Shown here piece after piece: positions 43,501 to 57,954 of a DNA stretch of 64,000 nucleotides (the stretch's first letter is position 1; the number at the start of each line of letters is the position of its first letter). The translations under genes and the position numbers were made by a program. The notes beneath the pieces were generated by a model. The model did not search any database, was not told the DNA's origin, and saw nothing but the letters and a program-made list of their open reading frames with translations. The DNA is from the human T2T-CHM13v2.0 reference genome, Homo sapiens, in assembly GCF_009914755.1 (NCBI RefSeq), contig NC_060927.1. One strand, 5' to 3'.

Positions 43501-44895
43501 AACTGATCTTTGATGAAAGAAGAAAGCAATATAATAGAGCAAAGATAGCCTTTTCAACAAATGATACTGGAACAATTGGATATCCACATGCAAAAATAAA
43601 TAAATAAATGTAGATACCAACCTTACACCATTTACAAAAATTAATTCAAATGTATCACAGACCTATATGAAAAACACAAAACTATAAACTTCCTAGATGA
43701 TAGAATAGGAGAAAATCTAGATGACTTTGGGAATGGCGGTGACTTTTTACATGACCCTAAAGGCATGATTCATGAAAGAAAGAATTTCTAAGCTGGATTT
43801 CACCAAAATTAAAAATATCTGCTGTGTGAAAAGATAATGTCAAAAGAATGAGAAGACAAGCCATAAACTGGGAGAAAATATTTGCAAAAGACACAACTGA
43901 TAAATATTATCCAAAATATACAAAGAACTCTTAAAACTCAACAGTAAGGAAAACAAAAACACAATTGAAAAATGGGCCAAAGACCTTAACAGACACTGCA
44001 CCAAAGAAGATACACAGATGGCAAATAAGCACGTGTAAAGATGTTTCACATCTTACGTTATCAGGAAAATGCAAATTAAAACAACAATGAGATACCACCA
44101 CACATGTATTAGTATGGCCAAATCCAGAACACTAAAAACAAATCTGTTGAGGATGTGGAGCAACAGAAATTCTCATTCATTACTGGTAGGACAGCTACTT
44201 TGGAAGACAGTATAGTAGTTTCTTATAAAACTAAACATACTCTTCCCATAAGATCCAGCAATTGTTCTCTTTAATATTTGCCCAAAGGAGTTAAAAACTT
44301 ATGTGTATGCAAAAACCTTCACATAGATGTTTATAGCAGCTTTTCTCATAATTCCGTAACTTGGAAGCAAACAAGCGGTCCTTCAGTAGGTGAATGGATA
44401 AATAAACTGTGGTACATACAGACAATAGAATATTACTCAGGACTAAGAAGAAATCAGCTATGAAGCCATGAAAAGATACAAAGGAAACTTAAATGCATAT
44501 TACTAAGTGAAAAAAGCTAATCTGAAAAGTCTACATACAGTATGATTCCAACTATATGACATTCTGGAAAAGGCAAAACAACAGAGTCAGTAAAAAGATC
44601 AGAGATGTCCAGGAGTTAGAAGGAAGGAGAGGGATGATAAATTGGTAGAACACAAAGGATTTTTAGGGCAGTGAAACTTCACTGTATGATAGTATAATAA
44701 CAGACATATGTCATTATACACTTTTCCAAATCCTTAGAACATGCAACACCATGAATGAACTCTTGCATAAACTATGGAATGAACCCTAGTGTAAATTATG
44801 TTAACTGCATGGGAGCAGGAGATAAATGGAAATCTCAGAAACTTCCTCTTAATATTGCTATGAATAAGAAACTGCTGGAAAAAAAAATAGTTTTT
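40520..44895 (+). mobile_element. L1MC1-like element with internal deletions, interrupted by an Alu
   Basis: ORF2 fragments (NLPKLTQEKIDNLN, LTANILHNGEKLEAF); the 3'UTR ggatttttagggcagtgaaac is MC-like. The 5' boundary is approximate. Confidence 0.85.
41183..41492 (+). mobile_element. AluS with a small left-arm deletion
   Basis: Alu body with a (taaaaa)n tail. Confidence 0.92.
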
Positions 44896-44912
44896 AAACA
44901 AAGAAACTTCTT

Positions 44913-45198
44913 GGCTAGGCATGATGGCTCACACCTAAAATCTCAGCATCCCAGTTCTTTGAGAGATCAAGGGAGGAGGATTGCTGGAGGCCAAGACCAG
45001 CCTGGGCAACATAGCAACACCCTATAATTTTTTTTTTAAATTACCTGGGTGTGATGGCACAGGCCTGTAGTCCTGGCCACTCCAGAGGCTGAGGCGGGAA
45101 GATTGTTTGAGACCAGAAATTTGAGGTTACAGTGAGCTATGATTGCACCGCTGCACTCCAGCCTGGGTGACACAGCAAGACCCTGTGTCTAAAAAAAA
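44913..45198 (+). mobile_element. AluJ
   Basis: J-type ggaggattgctggaggcc and gagctatgattgcacc. Confidence 0.88.
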
Positions 45199-45361
45199 GG
45201 AGAAATCTCTCAACTCATAATCTAAACCCAGCAAGAATGCTTTCATAAAAATGGAGAAGAAAGATATTTTACACATGAACAAAAACACATAATTCATTGC
45301 CAGCAGAAGTATGTCACAAAAAATGTGAAACAAAGTTATTCAGATAGAAGTAATATGGCGC

Positions 45362-46469
<1,108 letters not shown>

Positions 46470-46519
46470 TGAGAAGTGCTCCTCTTTATTCTTTTACAAA
46501 AATTGTTCTCATTTCCTTA

Positions 46520-48020
46520 TCTAGATTTCCTCCCTCCCATTGTTTCATATTACTATAGTATCTGCCCCATGTATTGATTCTTGGGCATCTTCTTTCCAGT
46601 ATCACGGCTTTAACACCATCTATTTGCCTGTTGCTCAGAACATTATCCCCATTCTGCACTTTTTCCCTGAACTTCAGAATCTGAGATCTAACGCCTACTA
46701 AACATTATCAGTTAAATATTCAATAAGTATCTCAAATTTATTCTATCCAGACCTGAAATCTTCTTCTAGTTGTTCATGCTAAAACCTTCCATTCAGTCTT
46801 GACTTATTCCTTTCTCTCATATCCTACCTTTAGCAAATCTAAACTCTATTTTCAAAACATATTCAGAATTCAGTTACTTCTCACCACCTATTGCACATTA
46901 ATAAAAGATACCAACAATGTTCGCATAGATTATGCCATGATCTCCTACTTGATCTCACTGCTTCTACCCTTGTCTCTCCAGAGTCTGTTCTCAACACAGT
47001 AGCTGTGATCCTGTTAAAATATGACATTCATCTACCTAACAACATTCAGTGTATTCCCAGATTAGAATAAAAGCCAAAGTCCTAAAATGGCCTGACACAC
47101 TAAAGTTAATCACTACATCCCCAGACTTTACCTCTCTGACCTCATCTCACCTAAGCTTTCCTCCTTTCAGTTCTCTTCAGCAAGACTGTCCTCATTGCTA
47201 TTCCTCTAACATACCAGGACTCTTCTAGTCCATCATCTTTGCACTTGCTGTCCACTTGATTGGAATGCTTTTTTCCCAGATAGACACGTGGATTATTCCC
47301 TTACTTTATTTAAAACTTTGCTTATGTTGCCTTTTGAGTGAGGCCTTATCCTACTGTCTATTTAAAATTCCAGCTTTTCCCATCATAGTCTGTACTGTCT
47401 ACTCTCCTCTGACCTTTTTTTTCTATAGTATGCTGTATAGGTTTTTTAAAAATGTGATTTATTTTTTGTTTCCTGTGCCAGAGATACTATTGCTCAGCAA
47501 ACATTAATGTGCCCCCCTTATTTTGCAGATCATTTGAAGTTAGGCAAGGCCAGTTGTTTATATGGCCTATATTCATGTGACTAGTTCTTCTGGTCCAAAT
47601 GACATGCACCATGTCCAGGCTAAACAGTAAAAGTAGGGTCTCTTCCCATGCTGAAGTATTCAAGGAGGAGGCTACATGTTCTGAAAGGCACAATTACTGA
47701 ATAAAGGAGTTTCCATCAACCTGGATTCCTGAGTGACTCACGAATATCATCACCTCTAGAAACCATGATGGACTTGCAGTGTGTCCGTGAGTGAGAAATG
47801 AACTTTTGTTGTGTTAAGCCACTGAGCTTAGAGGGTTGCTTGTCACCACAGCATAATTTAAACTATCTTGATCTTGACAATACATTCCCTCTGTGAAAGC
47901 AATAATATTTTTTCTTTTTCATTTTTGTTAACGTATGTATTCCCATAACATCAGACAACTACTAACACATAGTTGCTAAATATTTGTTGAATGACTGAAT
48001 AAATAAATAAATGAGTGAAT
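46520..48020 (+). mobile_element. L2 with an inserted MLT1-type LTR (~47480-47880)
   Basis: L2 3' region (ttgcacttgctg...ttggaatgcttttt; aaatatttgttgaatgactgaat). MLT1 signature gtgagaaatgaacttttgttgtgttaagccactgag. Confidence 0.78.
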
Positions 48021-48529
48021 GGTATCCATATATTAATAATATCGTATTCCTTAACAATTAAGTGTACATTAAACCTGTGTACAAAGATTTGTTTAATAAG
48101 TACTCTGGATTTAGTCTATAGGCTCACTGAAATAAAATGTGCCCAAATCTAAATAAGTGTCTGATGAGAGAGATTAAAAAGTTATAAGGCATGGGAGCAT
48201 TTTTTCTGGTGTGAGATGGTTCTGCTAATTGTAGAACATCTAGAACACCAAATGTATTCCATTTGGAATTCTAGTGGTGCCTCTCTCCTTCCCAGTGAAT
48301 AGAATGTCGAAAAAAAAAACCCCAATTAAAAAAAAATAGAAACTCTGAAGACTGGAACTATCCTCATCTAGAAAACTTGATTTTTGTGAAAATTACTAAT
48401 AAATTGCAAAAAAAAAAACCATTTAGCTGTCAGAAGTTTCCTCTAAAGAGAATGAAAATGTTTTATTTGATATCTGAATAATTTGAAACACTGTTGGAAA
48501 ATGATGTAAAAAAAATTTGAAGACCTAGA

Positions 48530-48775
48530 AAAGGGATTGACAAATTTTTCTCTAAAGTATTTTTAGACTTTGCAGGCCACACACGGTCTCTGTCATATAT
48601 TTTTCTGGTTTTTTGTTTTGTTTTGTTTTGTTTTTGCTATCTTGTTTGTTTTGTCTTATTTTTAACCCTTTAAAATGGGAAAGCCATACTTAGTTCTGGG
48701 GGCATACAAAAACATGCTACAGGCAGAGGGCAGAATTTAGCCTGCAGGCTGGCCAAAATTTGCCAACCCCTGCCC
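48530..48775. mobile_element. MER58-like hAT element
   Basis: Termini agggattgacaaa and tttgccaacccctg; internal actttgcaggccac. Confidence 0.75.
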
Positions 48776-48784
48776 TAGCTCTCT

Positions 48785-50132
48785 CCCCTTACACTCTTAA
48801 AAAGTTTTTGAGGACCCAAAGAGCTACTGTTTATATGAGTGGTATAATATTGACATATATAATATCAATATTTACTGTATTCAAAATTAAAGCAGCGAAA
48901 GTTCTAAAACATTAATTCCTTTTCCAAAAACCAAAGTTAATTCATTATGTGAGATATAATTAATATGTATTTATGAAAATATATTTTTTCAAAACAAAAT
49001 GAGAAGCAAGTATTTTACATTTTTGTAGATTTATTTAATGTCAAGTACTAGAAGATGAATGGATTCTCATATATACTTCTGCATTCAAGGTATACATTGT
49101 TTTGGTTTAAATATATGTAGACAAGATAGTCTTATACAGGTATGTAGTAGGAAAAGATAAGAACATTTTAATAGGCGTTTCAGATGATTGTGAATATTAT
49201 TTTTAAATGCTACATCAATACTCATCATGTCATAGTTTCTCAAAAGGTAGTTGCAACGTAGAATAGGAAACCATGTCAATGAACTTCATAAACTCTGTTA
49301 CACTAAAATTTATATGCCTGTCTTGGACTTTGAATAGTTCTTTACCGAGTCATAACTTTATAAGCATTGGTCATTTGGAAAATATTGGTTTACTAAGCTA
49401 TGCATACCTACAAAATGTTGACTCTTTTATTAGTCTAAATTTTTAACAAGCGTATTAATTAATATCACCACCAATTGTGTGATAAAAGTCTTTAAGTATT
49501 AGAATAACAAAGTGATAGACATTCTAATTTTAATTTTAGGTTGATATCTCACATTTTATTGTTGAGAAAATATTGACATTTAATGGCCTTGAAGTGACAA
49601 GCCCATTTCATCATTTTTGACAAAAAATGCATCAAAACTTCAAATGTGAATAAACGAACTTTGTCCCTAATTTTTCCAAGTTAAGAAAAACTTTTATTTC
49701 ATGAAAGACTTATTCTAGCTTGCAATTTAAACAATGGCACACATGCTTTCTCTCAGAACAACTGTCATATTTTGGTATGTAACAAAAGTGATGACATGGT
49801 CAATGCTAGAGATTTAGTAAAATTAATAATATTTATTGCTTCATGAAAGATATTCTTAATTAAAACTTGTATTTTTTTCCTGTGACTGAGTGGTGGTGAT
49901 GAACAGTGACTATTAGTTGAGTTCAGTTTCACTACTTTGATCCATGCCAGGACACCATAGTTTTCCCCCCATTGCTGTTCCACTGTGGTTGCAAACATCA
50001 ACACAGTGAAAAAAGTAACATAACACATTATTATCATAATGGTTATTATCAATTTTATTATTTTAGCCTGTGGTAAACTTGAAAAGGTCACAGGGACTAC
50101 TGTGTGTCCACAGATCACTTTAAGAACTGCTG
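48785..50132. mobile_element. Charlie1-like hAT DNA transposon
   Basis: ccttacactcttaaaa...gaggacccaaagagct; terminal cactttaagaactgctg. Confidence 0.7.
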
Positions 50133-51229
50133 TCTAGAAGTTATCCTTTGCAAGGAGGCAAACCCCTCCCTGCCAAACCTAAGCCTATCTTCCAAATGTT
50201 GGTGTAAGAAACTCCACAGATCCTGTCTCCAGTGAAGAAAGCATACCTTTTAAAGAAAGAAAAGTGTGTGTATGTGTTTGTGTGTGTGTCTGCATATGTT
50301 TAAAAACTGCAAATTGTCCTAAAAGCATACAGCAAATAAAGAAACATTTATTCAAGACAATCTAAATAATCACACAATAAGAACAAGGAGCATTTGTGGC
50401 ATTTGAACCATGACCCATTTCTTTCCTTTCCCTTCCATCTTAGCATAGTAGAAACTTCAATCTAGTCAGGAGCAACCAAGAACATAGACTCCCTCTTTCT
50501 CCAGCTGCAATATCTTTCAGGAGAATTAAGGTCAGTTAAAATCTAGAATATCTCCCAGGAGAGGCAGGCTATCCGCGTTTCTCATGCCACCCAGCTCTCT
50601 GTTACAGTAGCCCTATTCCAAGGCAAGAATAACTGACCTAGCCCCCATTCTAGGACAGAAGCTAAACCCCAGGCACAGGAGTTGTAGAATGCTGAGACCT
50701 TGTTAACCTTCATCCCAGCTCACTTATAAGTCTAAGTGAGCTTGTCCCTTCCATGCTGGGAGGAATAAACTAAGAAGAACAAAGGTATGCAGTTCCAACC
50801 AGTTTCCTGCTTGTAAAACAGTGTGTCACTCAAAGACAAGTGAAACAATATCCCTACACTCAGCTTTAGAGCAGTCATGCACAGATTTTGTTCAGGGGCA
50901 GAGAAGACAATAAGAAGAGAGAGCTCTGAAACACTCCCCAAAAGACCTGACTTTATTTGGAAAAGAGTACGGGGAAAGTTCAAGCTTAGGGACAATCTTG
51001 AAAACAAATAAGAGGATAATGGGAGCTCCATGAGTGTGGTGAGCTACACCATTTCCAATATAGAAAATATAGAAATCTAACAAAGAGAGCTAGAGACAGA
51101 GACGGGTAGTAAGAGGGTCCTCTTGGGTTGGAATGAAAACCAAAAATGAGTCTCATAGACTACCCTGGCAAAGAGTATCAAATTTTAAAAAAAAGCAGAA
51201 AAATATCCAAAGAAATAATGGCTAAAATA

Positions 51230-54200
51230 TATTTTATTTTATTTTTTAACTTATTTTTTAATTTGTATGAATGTAGGACATTCAAATGCAGTTTTGTAAC
51301 ATAGATATATTGTGTAGTGGTAAAATATAGCCTTTTAGTATAATCATCGTCCAAATAATGTACATAAATAATTTCTCATCCTTTACCCTTCTCCCACTGT
51401 CCCAACCTTCCAGGCCTCCAGTGCCCATTATTCCGCATTCTATGTTCATTTGTATACATTATTTAGCTCCCACTTATAATTGACAACATATAGTTTTTGA
51501 TTGTACTAATTACCTAATCTAGGTATTTGCGTAGAGATTGTACTAATTAACATTCCCACCAACAATGTAGAAGTATTCTCTTGTCTCTGCAGCCTCACAA
51601 CCTCTGTTGTATTTTGACTTTTTAATAATATCCATTCTGACTGGTATAAGATCGTATCTCATTGTGGTTTGAGTTTTTATTTTTCTGATTAGTGATGTTG
51701 AGTTTTTTTCATATGCTTATTGATAATTTCTATGTCTTTTCAGAAATGTTTGTTCATATAATTTGCCCACTTTTTAATGAGGTTATTTGATTTTTAAAAT
51801 TGTTGTTAACTGTTTGGATTTCTTATAGATTCTGGATATTATTCCCTTGTTGAATGCAAGTTTTGCAAAAATTTTCTCTTATTCTGTAGGTTGTCTGTTC
51901 ACTCTGTTATTTCTTTGGCTATGCAGAAGCTTTTTAATTTAATTAAATCTCATTTGTCTATTTTTGTTTTTGTTAACTTTATTTTTGAGGTGTTAGTCAT
52001 GAATTTTTTTGCCTAAACATATGTTCAGAAGAGTTTTTCTGAGGTATTCTTTTTTTTATAGTTTTAGGTTTTGTATTTAAGTCATTAATTCATTTTGAAT
52101 TAATTTTATGTATGGTGAGAGTTAAAATCCAGTTTCATTCTTCTTCATATGGCAAACCATTTTTTCCAGCACTATTTATTGAATAAGATGTCTTTTCCCC
52201 AATGTATGTTTTTGTTGACTTTATCAAAGATTAGTTGGCTTTAGGTATGTGGCTTTGTTTCTGGGTTTTCCATTCTGTTCCATACATCTATTTGTCTATT
52301 TTTATACCAGAACTACACTATTTTGGTTACTATAGCCTTGAGGTAATTTGAAGTCATGTAATGTAATGCTTCTAGCTTTGTTCTTTTTGCTTAGGTATGC
52401 TTTGCTATTTAGGGTCCTTTTTGGTTCCATATGAATTTTAGGATTCTTTTTTCTAATTGTGAGAAAAATGATATTGATATTTTTATAGAAATTACATTGA
52501 TTCTGTAGATTGCTTTGGGAAGTATGGTCATTTTAATGATATTGATTCTTTTGATGCATGAACATGGGATGTTTTTACATTTGCTTGTGTCATCTATGAT
52601 TTCCTTCCTCAATGTTTGTTGTTTTCCTTGTAGAGATCTTTCATCTTCTCGGTTAAATATATTCCTAAGTATTTTATTTTTGTAGTGATTGCGAATGGGA
52701 TTGGCTTCTTGATTTTGTTCTCAGTTTGATTGTTACTAGTGTGTAGAAGTTCCACTGATTTTTGTACATTGATTTTGTATCCTGAAACTTTACTGAACCG
52801 ATTTATCAAATCTAGGAGTCTTCTGGAGGACACTTTAACGTTTTCCATATGTAAGATTATATCATCAGCAAACAGATAATTTGACTTACTCTTTTTCAAT
52901 TTGGTACTTTGTTTTTTTCTTGCCTGATTGCTCTGGCAATCAGGTTCTTCCAGTACTATGTTGAATAGGAGTAGTGAATATGAGCATCCCTGTATTGCTC
53001 TAGTTCTTAAGGGAAATGCTTTCAATTTTTCCCCATTCAATATGATGTTTGCTGAGGGTTTGTCTTATATGAATGTTATTATTTTGAACATTCATATAAT
53101 TATCCTTGAATTATTCTTGCCTGATTGCTCTGGCAATCATAGTACTTCTGGTGCTATGTTGAATAGGGGTGGTGAATATGAGCATTCCTGTCTTGCTCTA
53201 GTTCTTAAGGGAAATACTTTCAATTTTTCCCCATTCAATATGATGTTTGCTGAGGGTTTGTCTTATATGAATGTTTTTATTTTGAAGTATGTTTCTTCTA
53301 TGCCTAGTTTGTTGAGGGTTTATATCATAAGAGGATTCTGAATCTTATCAAATGCTTCTTTTGCATCTATTGAGATGATCATATGATTTTTGTTTTCTGT
53401 TTATGTGGCAAATCACATTTATTGATATGCATATGTTAAACCATCCTTGCATCTCTGGAATAAAATCCACTTGGTCATGATGAATTATCTTTTTGATATG
53501 TTGTTGGACTTGGTTTGTTAGTATTAGGTTTGCTAGGATTTTTGCATCTATGTTCATCAGGAATATTGGTCTGTAGTCTTTTCTGTTGTGTTCTTGCCTG
53601 GCTTTGGTATCAGGGTAATACTGGCTTCATAGAATGAGTTAGGGAGGAATACCTCCTCCTTGATTATTTGGAAGAGTTTTAGGAGGATGGGTACCATCTC
53701 TTCTTTGAATGTTTTATAGAATTTGGCTGTGAATCCATCTGCTCCTGTGCTTTTTTGAGGAGGGAGATTTTTTTAATTACTGATTCAATTTCACTACTTT
53801 TATTAGTCTCTTCAGGATTTCTGTTTCTTTATCATTCAATCTTCGGAGGATGTATGTTCCCAGGAATTTATCCATTTCCTCAGATTTCAAGTTTGTGCAT
53901 GTATGGTTTTTCATATGTCTCTAATGATTGTTTTTTATTTCTGTGGTATCAGTTGTAATGTCTCCTTTTTTCATTTCTGAATACGTGTATTTTGGATCTT
54001 CTCTTTTCCTGGTTCATCTTGCTAGTGGTCTATCAACCTTATTTATCTTTTCAAAGAAACAACTTTTCATTTCATGGATCTTTTGTATTGTTCTCTTGTT
54101 CTCAATTTCACTTAGTTCTGCTCTAATCTTTGTTGTTTCTTTTCTTCTGCTAGCTTTTGGCTTAATTTTTTTCTTGTTCTTCTAGTTATTTGAGGTGAAA

Positions 54201-56070
54201 TTTTTGGTTGTTAACTTGTGATGTTTTTATTATTTTGATGTAGGCATTTAATGCTATAAAATTCCATCTTAGCACTGCTTTTGCTGTATCCCAAAAGTTC
54301 TGGTATGTTATATCTTGATTTTCAATCATTTAAAAATATTTTAAATTTTTCATATTAATTTAGCCATTGACCCAAAGATGGTTCAAGTTTATGTTGTTTA
54401 ATTTCCATATATTTGTATCATTTTCAGAGTCTCTGTAGACATTGATTTCTATTTTTATTCCACTATGGTCCAAAAAGATACTTGGCATGATTTTAAATTT
54501 TTAAATTTTTTGAGACTTGTTTTCTGGCCTAACATATGGTCTATCTTGGAGAATGTTTCATGTGCAGATGAGAAGAATGTATATTCTACAATTGTATATT
54601 CTACAAATATATGTTAGGTCCATTTGTTCTAAAGTCCAATTTAGGTCCAGTGTTCCTTTTGTTGATTTTCTGTCTTGATGATTTGTCTTATGCTGTCAGT
54701 GGGGCATTGAAGTCATCCACTATTATTGCATTGCTGTTTATCTCTTCTTTAGGTCTAGTAATTGTTTTATGAATCTGGGTGCTCCAGTGCTGGTGCATAT
54801 GTATTTAGGATGATTGTATCTTCTTGGTGAATTGATGTTTTTATTAATATATAATGACCTTCTTTGCCTTTTTTTAAACTATTGTTTATTTGAGGTCTGC
54901 TTTATCTACATAAGTATAGCCACTACTGCTCACTTTTGCTTTCCATTTTCATGAAATATCTTTTTCCACCTCCTTACATTCCATCTGTAAGTGTTTTTAA
55001 AAGTAAGGCAAGTTTCTTATAAGCAGTATATAGTTGGTTCCTGTTTCTTTATCTATTTCTACAATCTATATCTTCTAGATGGAGCATCTAACCTATTTAT
55101 ATACAAGGTTGACATTGATATGTGAAGTTTTTTTTCCTGTCATAATCTTAACTGTTATCTAGTTGCTTTGTAGATTGTTTCTTTTTTTTTTCTTTTTGTC
55201 TTTGTGGTTTGGTGTTCAAGTGTGTTGCCATGTTGTTTCTTTCTCTTTTCTCCTTTGTGTAATTGTTTTATGGGACACTATGAGCACTATGCACTTGTGT
55301 CAGCAGATGTTGTAATGGACTGCATGTTGAACTGCCAGCCAGTAGGTGGCACTTGTCAGTGAAAGCCAGCTGCAGTGGTAGCAGTCGAGTTTATGCTTGA
55401 TCTTTGATAACCAGGAGATATACTTGGGTGTCACAGGTGATGGGCTGGGCCTTGGAACTTCCAATGTTTCCAGTCCTGTGCTCTGCTTCCAAGATGGGGG
55501 TGGGGTTGCAAAGCTTGGCAGGACTAGGACAAGCAAGTCTGCACTTGGGTCATGCAATGGCAGGTGCAAGTGCTGGTCCTGATGGGGGTTAGAAGGCAGT
55601 TCTTAAGCCCCTGGAGAACTCTCCAGGAAGAAATGGAGCAATTGATGACGTTCTATGAGTTAATATAGGGAAGGAGGGGCAGCTTGGGCTCCAAATGCTA
55701 GCATGCAGTAGTGGGAACCGCCTCCATTCCATGCTCTCAACTTGGTGGGCTCCCTCCTGTGGCCTGTTACTGGTAGCAAGCTGAGACAGCCAGGCAAGTC
55801 ACAAGCAATTTGTCTTCATATCATAAGACTGCTAATGCCATTAAACTCTCTGCCCAGGATGAAACCATAGCTCCCAGGCCAAATGCCTCCCAGTCCAGTC
55901 CTGTGAAAGGGGGGCACCCAACAACCACACTTACAGCTGGAGCACACACCACACTCACCTCTCAAGTCTGGGTGTGGAGTCTCCTCCCTGCTCAAGAATA
56001 GATTGCAAATACCCATCTGGAGACCATCCAAATCAGTGACTGCCTCCTATCCTGGCTGGCAGGTTCCTCT
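51230..56070 (-). mobile_element. L1PB3/4-like element with ORF1 deleted
   Basis: PB4-like 3'UTR (gcagttttgtaacatagatatattgtgtagtggt) and ORF2 fragments. The sequence jumps from the inter-ORF region to 5'UTR at ~55270. Confidence 0.85.
52917..53286. repeat. ~172 bp tandem duplication inside L1 with a 25 bp filler
   Basis: Copies at 52917-53088 and 53114-53286. The ORF track repeats STMLNRSSEYEH as [12 protein letters not shown]. Confidence 0.95.
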
Positions 56071-56431
56071 CAGCCCACTCCCCAAATTTTATTAAAAACA
56101 TAAATCTACATATTCAAAAGTGAAATGAAATCCAGCTAAGATAAATGCAGATTCAACATAGTCCCAAAACTATATGAAGTAAAAACTGACATAGCAGAAA
56201 AACAATTCAACAATAAGATTTGGAGAATACATTACCCCCAAGTTCAATAAGGTATGGAACAACTGGAAAAATATCAATAAGAAAGGCTTGAACAACACTA
56301 TATACCAACTAGACCTACCCACATCTATAGCACAGTCCATTAACAATAGCAGAGTACATGTTCTTCTGAAGCACACAAGGAATATTCTTTAGGATAAACA
56401 ATATGCTGGACCATAAAAACACGCCTCGATA

Positions 56432-57923
56432 ATTTTTTTTTATTTTACAGCTGTTTTTAAATTTATTTTTATTTATTTATTTTTCTATAAGTTATTGGAG
56501 TACAGGTGACATTTGGTTACATGAGTAAGTTCTTTAGGGGTGATTTGTGAGCTTTTGGTGCATCATTCACCCCAAGCAGTATACACCACACCATATTTGT
56601 AGTCTTTTATCCATCGCCCCCCTACCTCTCTTCCCCCCAAGTCCCCAAAGTCCACTGTAGCATTCTTATGCCTTTGTGTCCTCATAGCTTAGCTCCAACG
56701 TATCAGTGAGAACATACGATGTTTGGTTATACATTCCTGAGTTACTTCACTTAGAATAATAGTCTCCATTCTCATCCAGGCCATTGCAAATGCTGTTAAT
56801 TTATTTCTTTTTATGGCTGCATAGTATTCCATCATATATATATATCACAGTTTCTGTATTCATTCATTGATTGATGGGCATTTGGGTTGGTTCCATGATT
56901 TTGCTATTGTGAATTGTGCCACTAAAAACATGGATGTGCAAGTATCTTTTTTGAACAATGACTTCTTTTCCTCTGGGTAGATACCCAATAGTGGGATTGC
57001 TGGATCAAATGGTAGTACTACTTTCTTGGTTCTTTAAGGAATCTCCAAACTGTTTTCCACAGTGGCTGTACTAGTTTACATTCCCACCAGCAGTGTAGAA
57101 GTGATCCCTGTTCGCCGCATCCATGTCAGCATCTACTGTTTTTTTATTTTTTTCATTACGACCATTCTTGCAGGAGTAAAGTGGTATCACATTGTGGTTT
57201 TCAGTTGCATTTCCCTGATCCTTAGTGATGTTGAGCATTTTTTCATATGTTTATTGTCCACTCATATATCTTCTTTTGAGAACTGTCTATTCATTAGCCT
57301 ACTTTCTAAGAGGATTTTTGTTTTTTTCCTACTGGTTTGTTTTGAGTTTGCTTCTACAACAAACTGGATATTAGTCCTTTGTCAGCTGTACAGTTGTAAA
57401 CATTTTCTCCTACTCTGTGGGTTGTCTGTTTACTCTGCTGACTGTTCCTTTTGCTGTGCAAAAGCTCTTTAGTTTAATTAGGTCCCAGCTATCTATCTTT
57501 GTTTTTGTTGCATTTGCTTTTGGGTTCTTGGTCATGAAATCCTTGTCTAAGCCAATGTCTAGAAGGGTTGTTTCAATGTTATCTTCTAGAATTTTTATAG
57601 TTTCAGGTCTTAAGTTTAAGTCCTTAATCCACTTTGGGTTGATTTTTGTATAAGGTGAGAGAAGAGGGTCCGGTTTCATTCTTCCACAGGTGGCTAGCCA
57701 ATTAACCCAGCACCATTTTTTGAAAACGGTGTCCTTTCCCCACTTTATATTTTTGTTTGCTTTGTCAAAGATCAGTTGTCTGCAAGTATTTGGGTTTATT
57801 TCTGTGTTCTCTATCCTGTTCCACTGACCTATGTGCCCATTTTTGTATCAGTACCACACTGTTTTGGTGACTATGATCTTAAAGTATAATTTGAAATCAG
57901 GTAGCGTGATGCCTCCAGATTTG

Positions 57924-57954
<31 letters not shown>

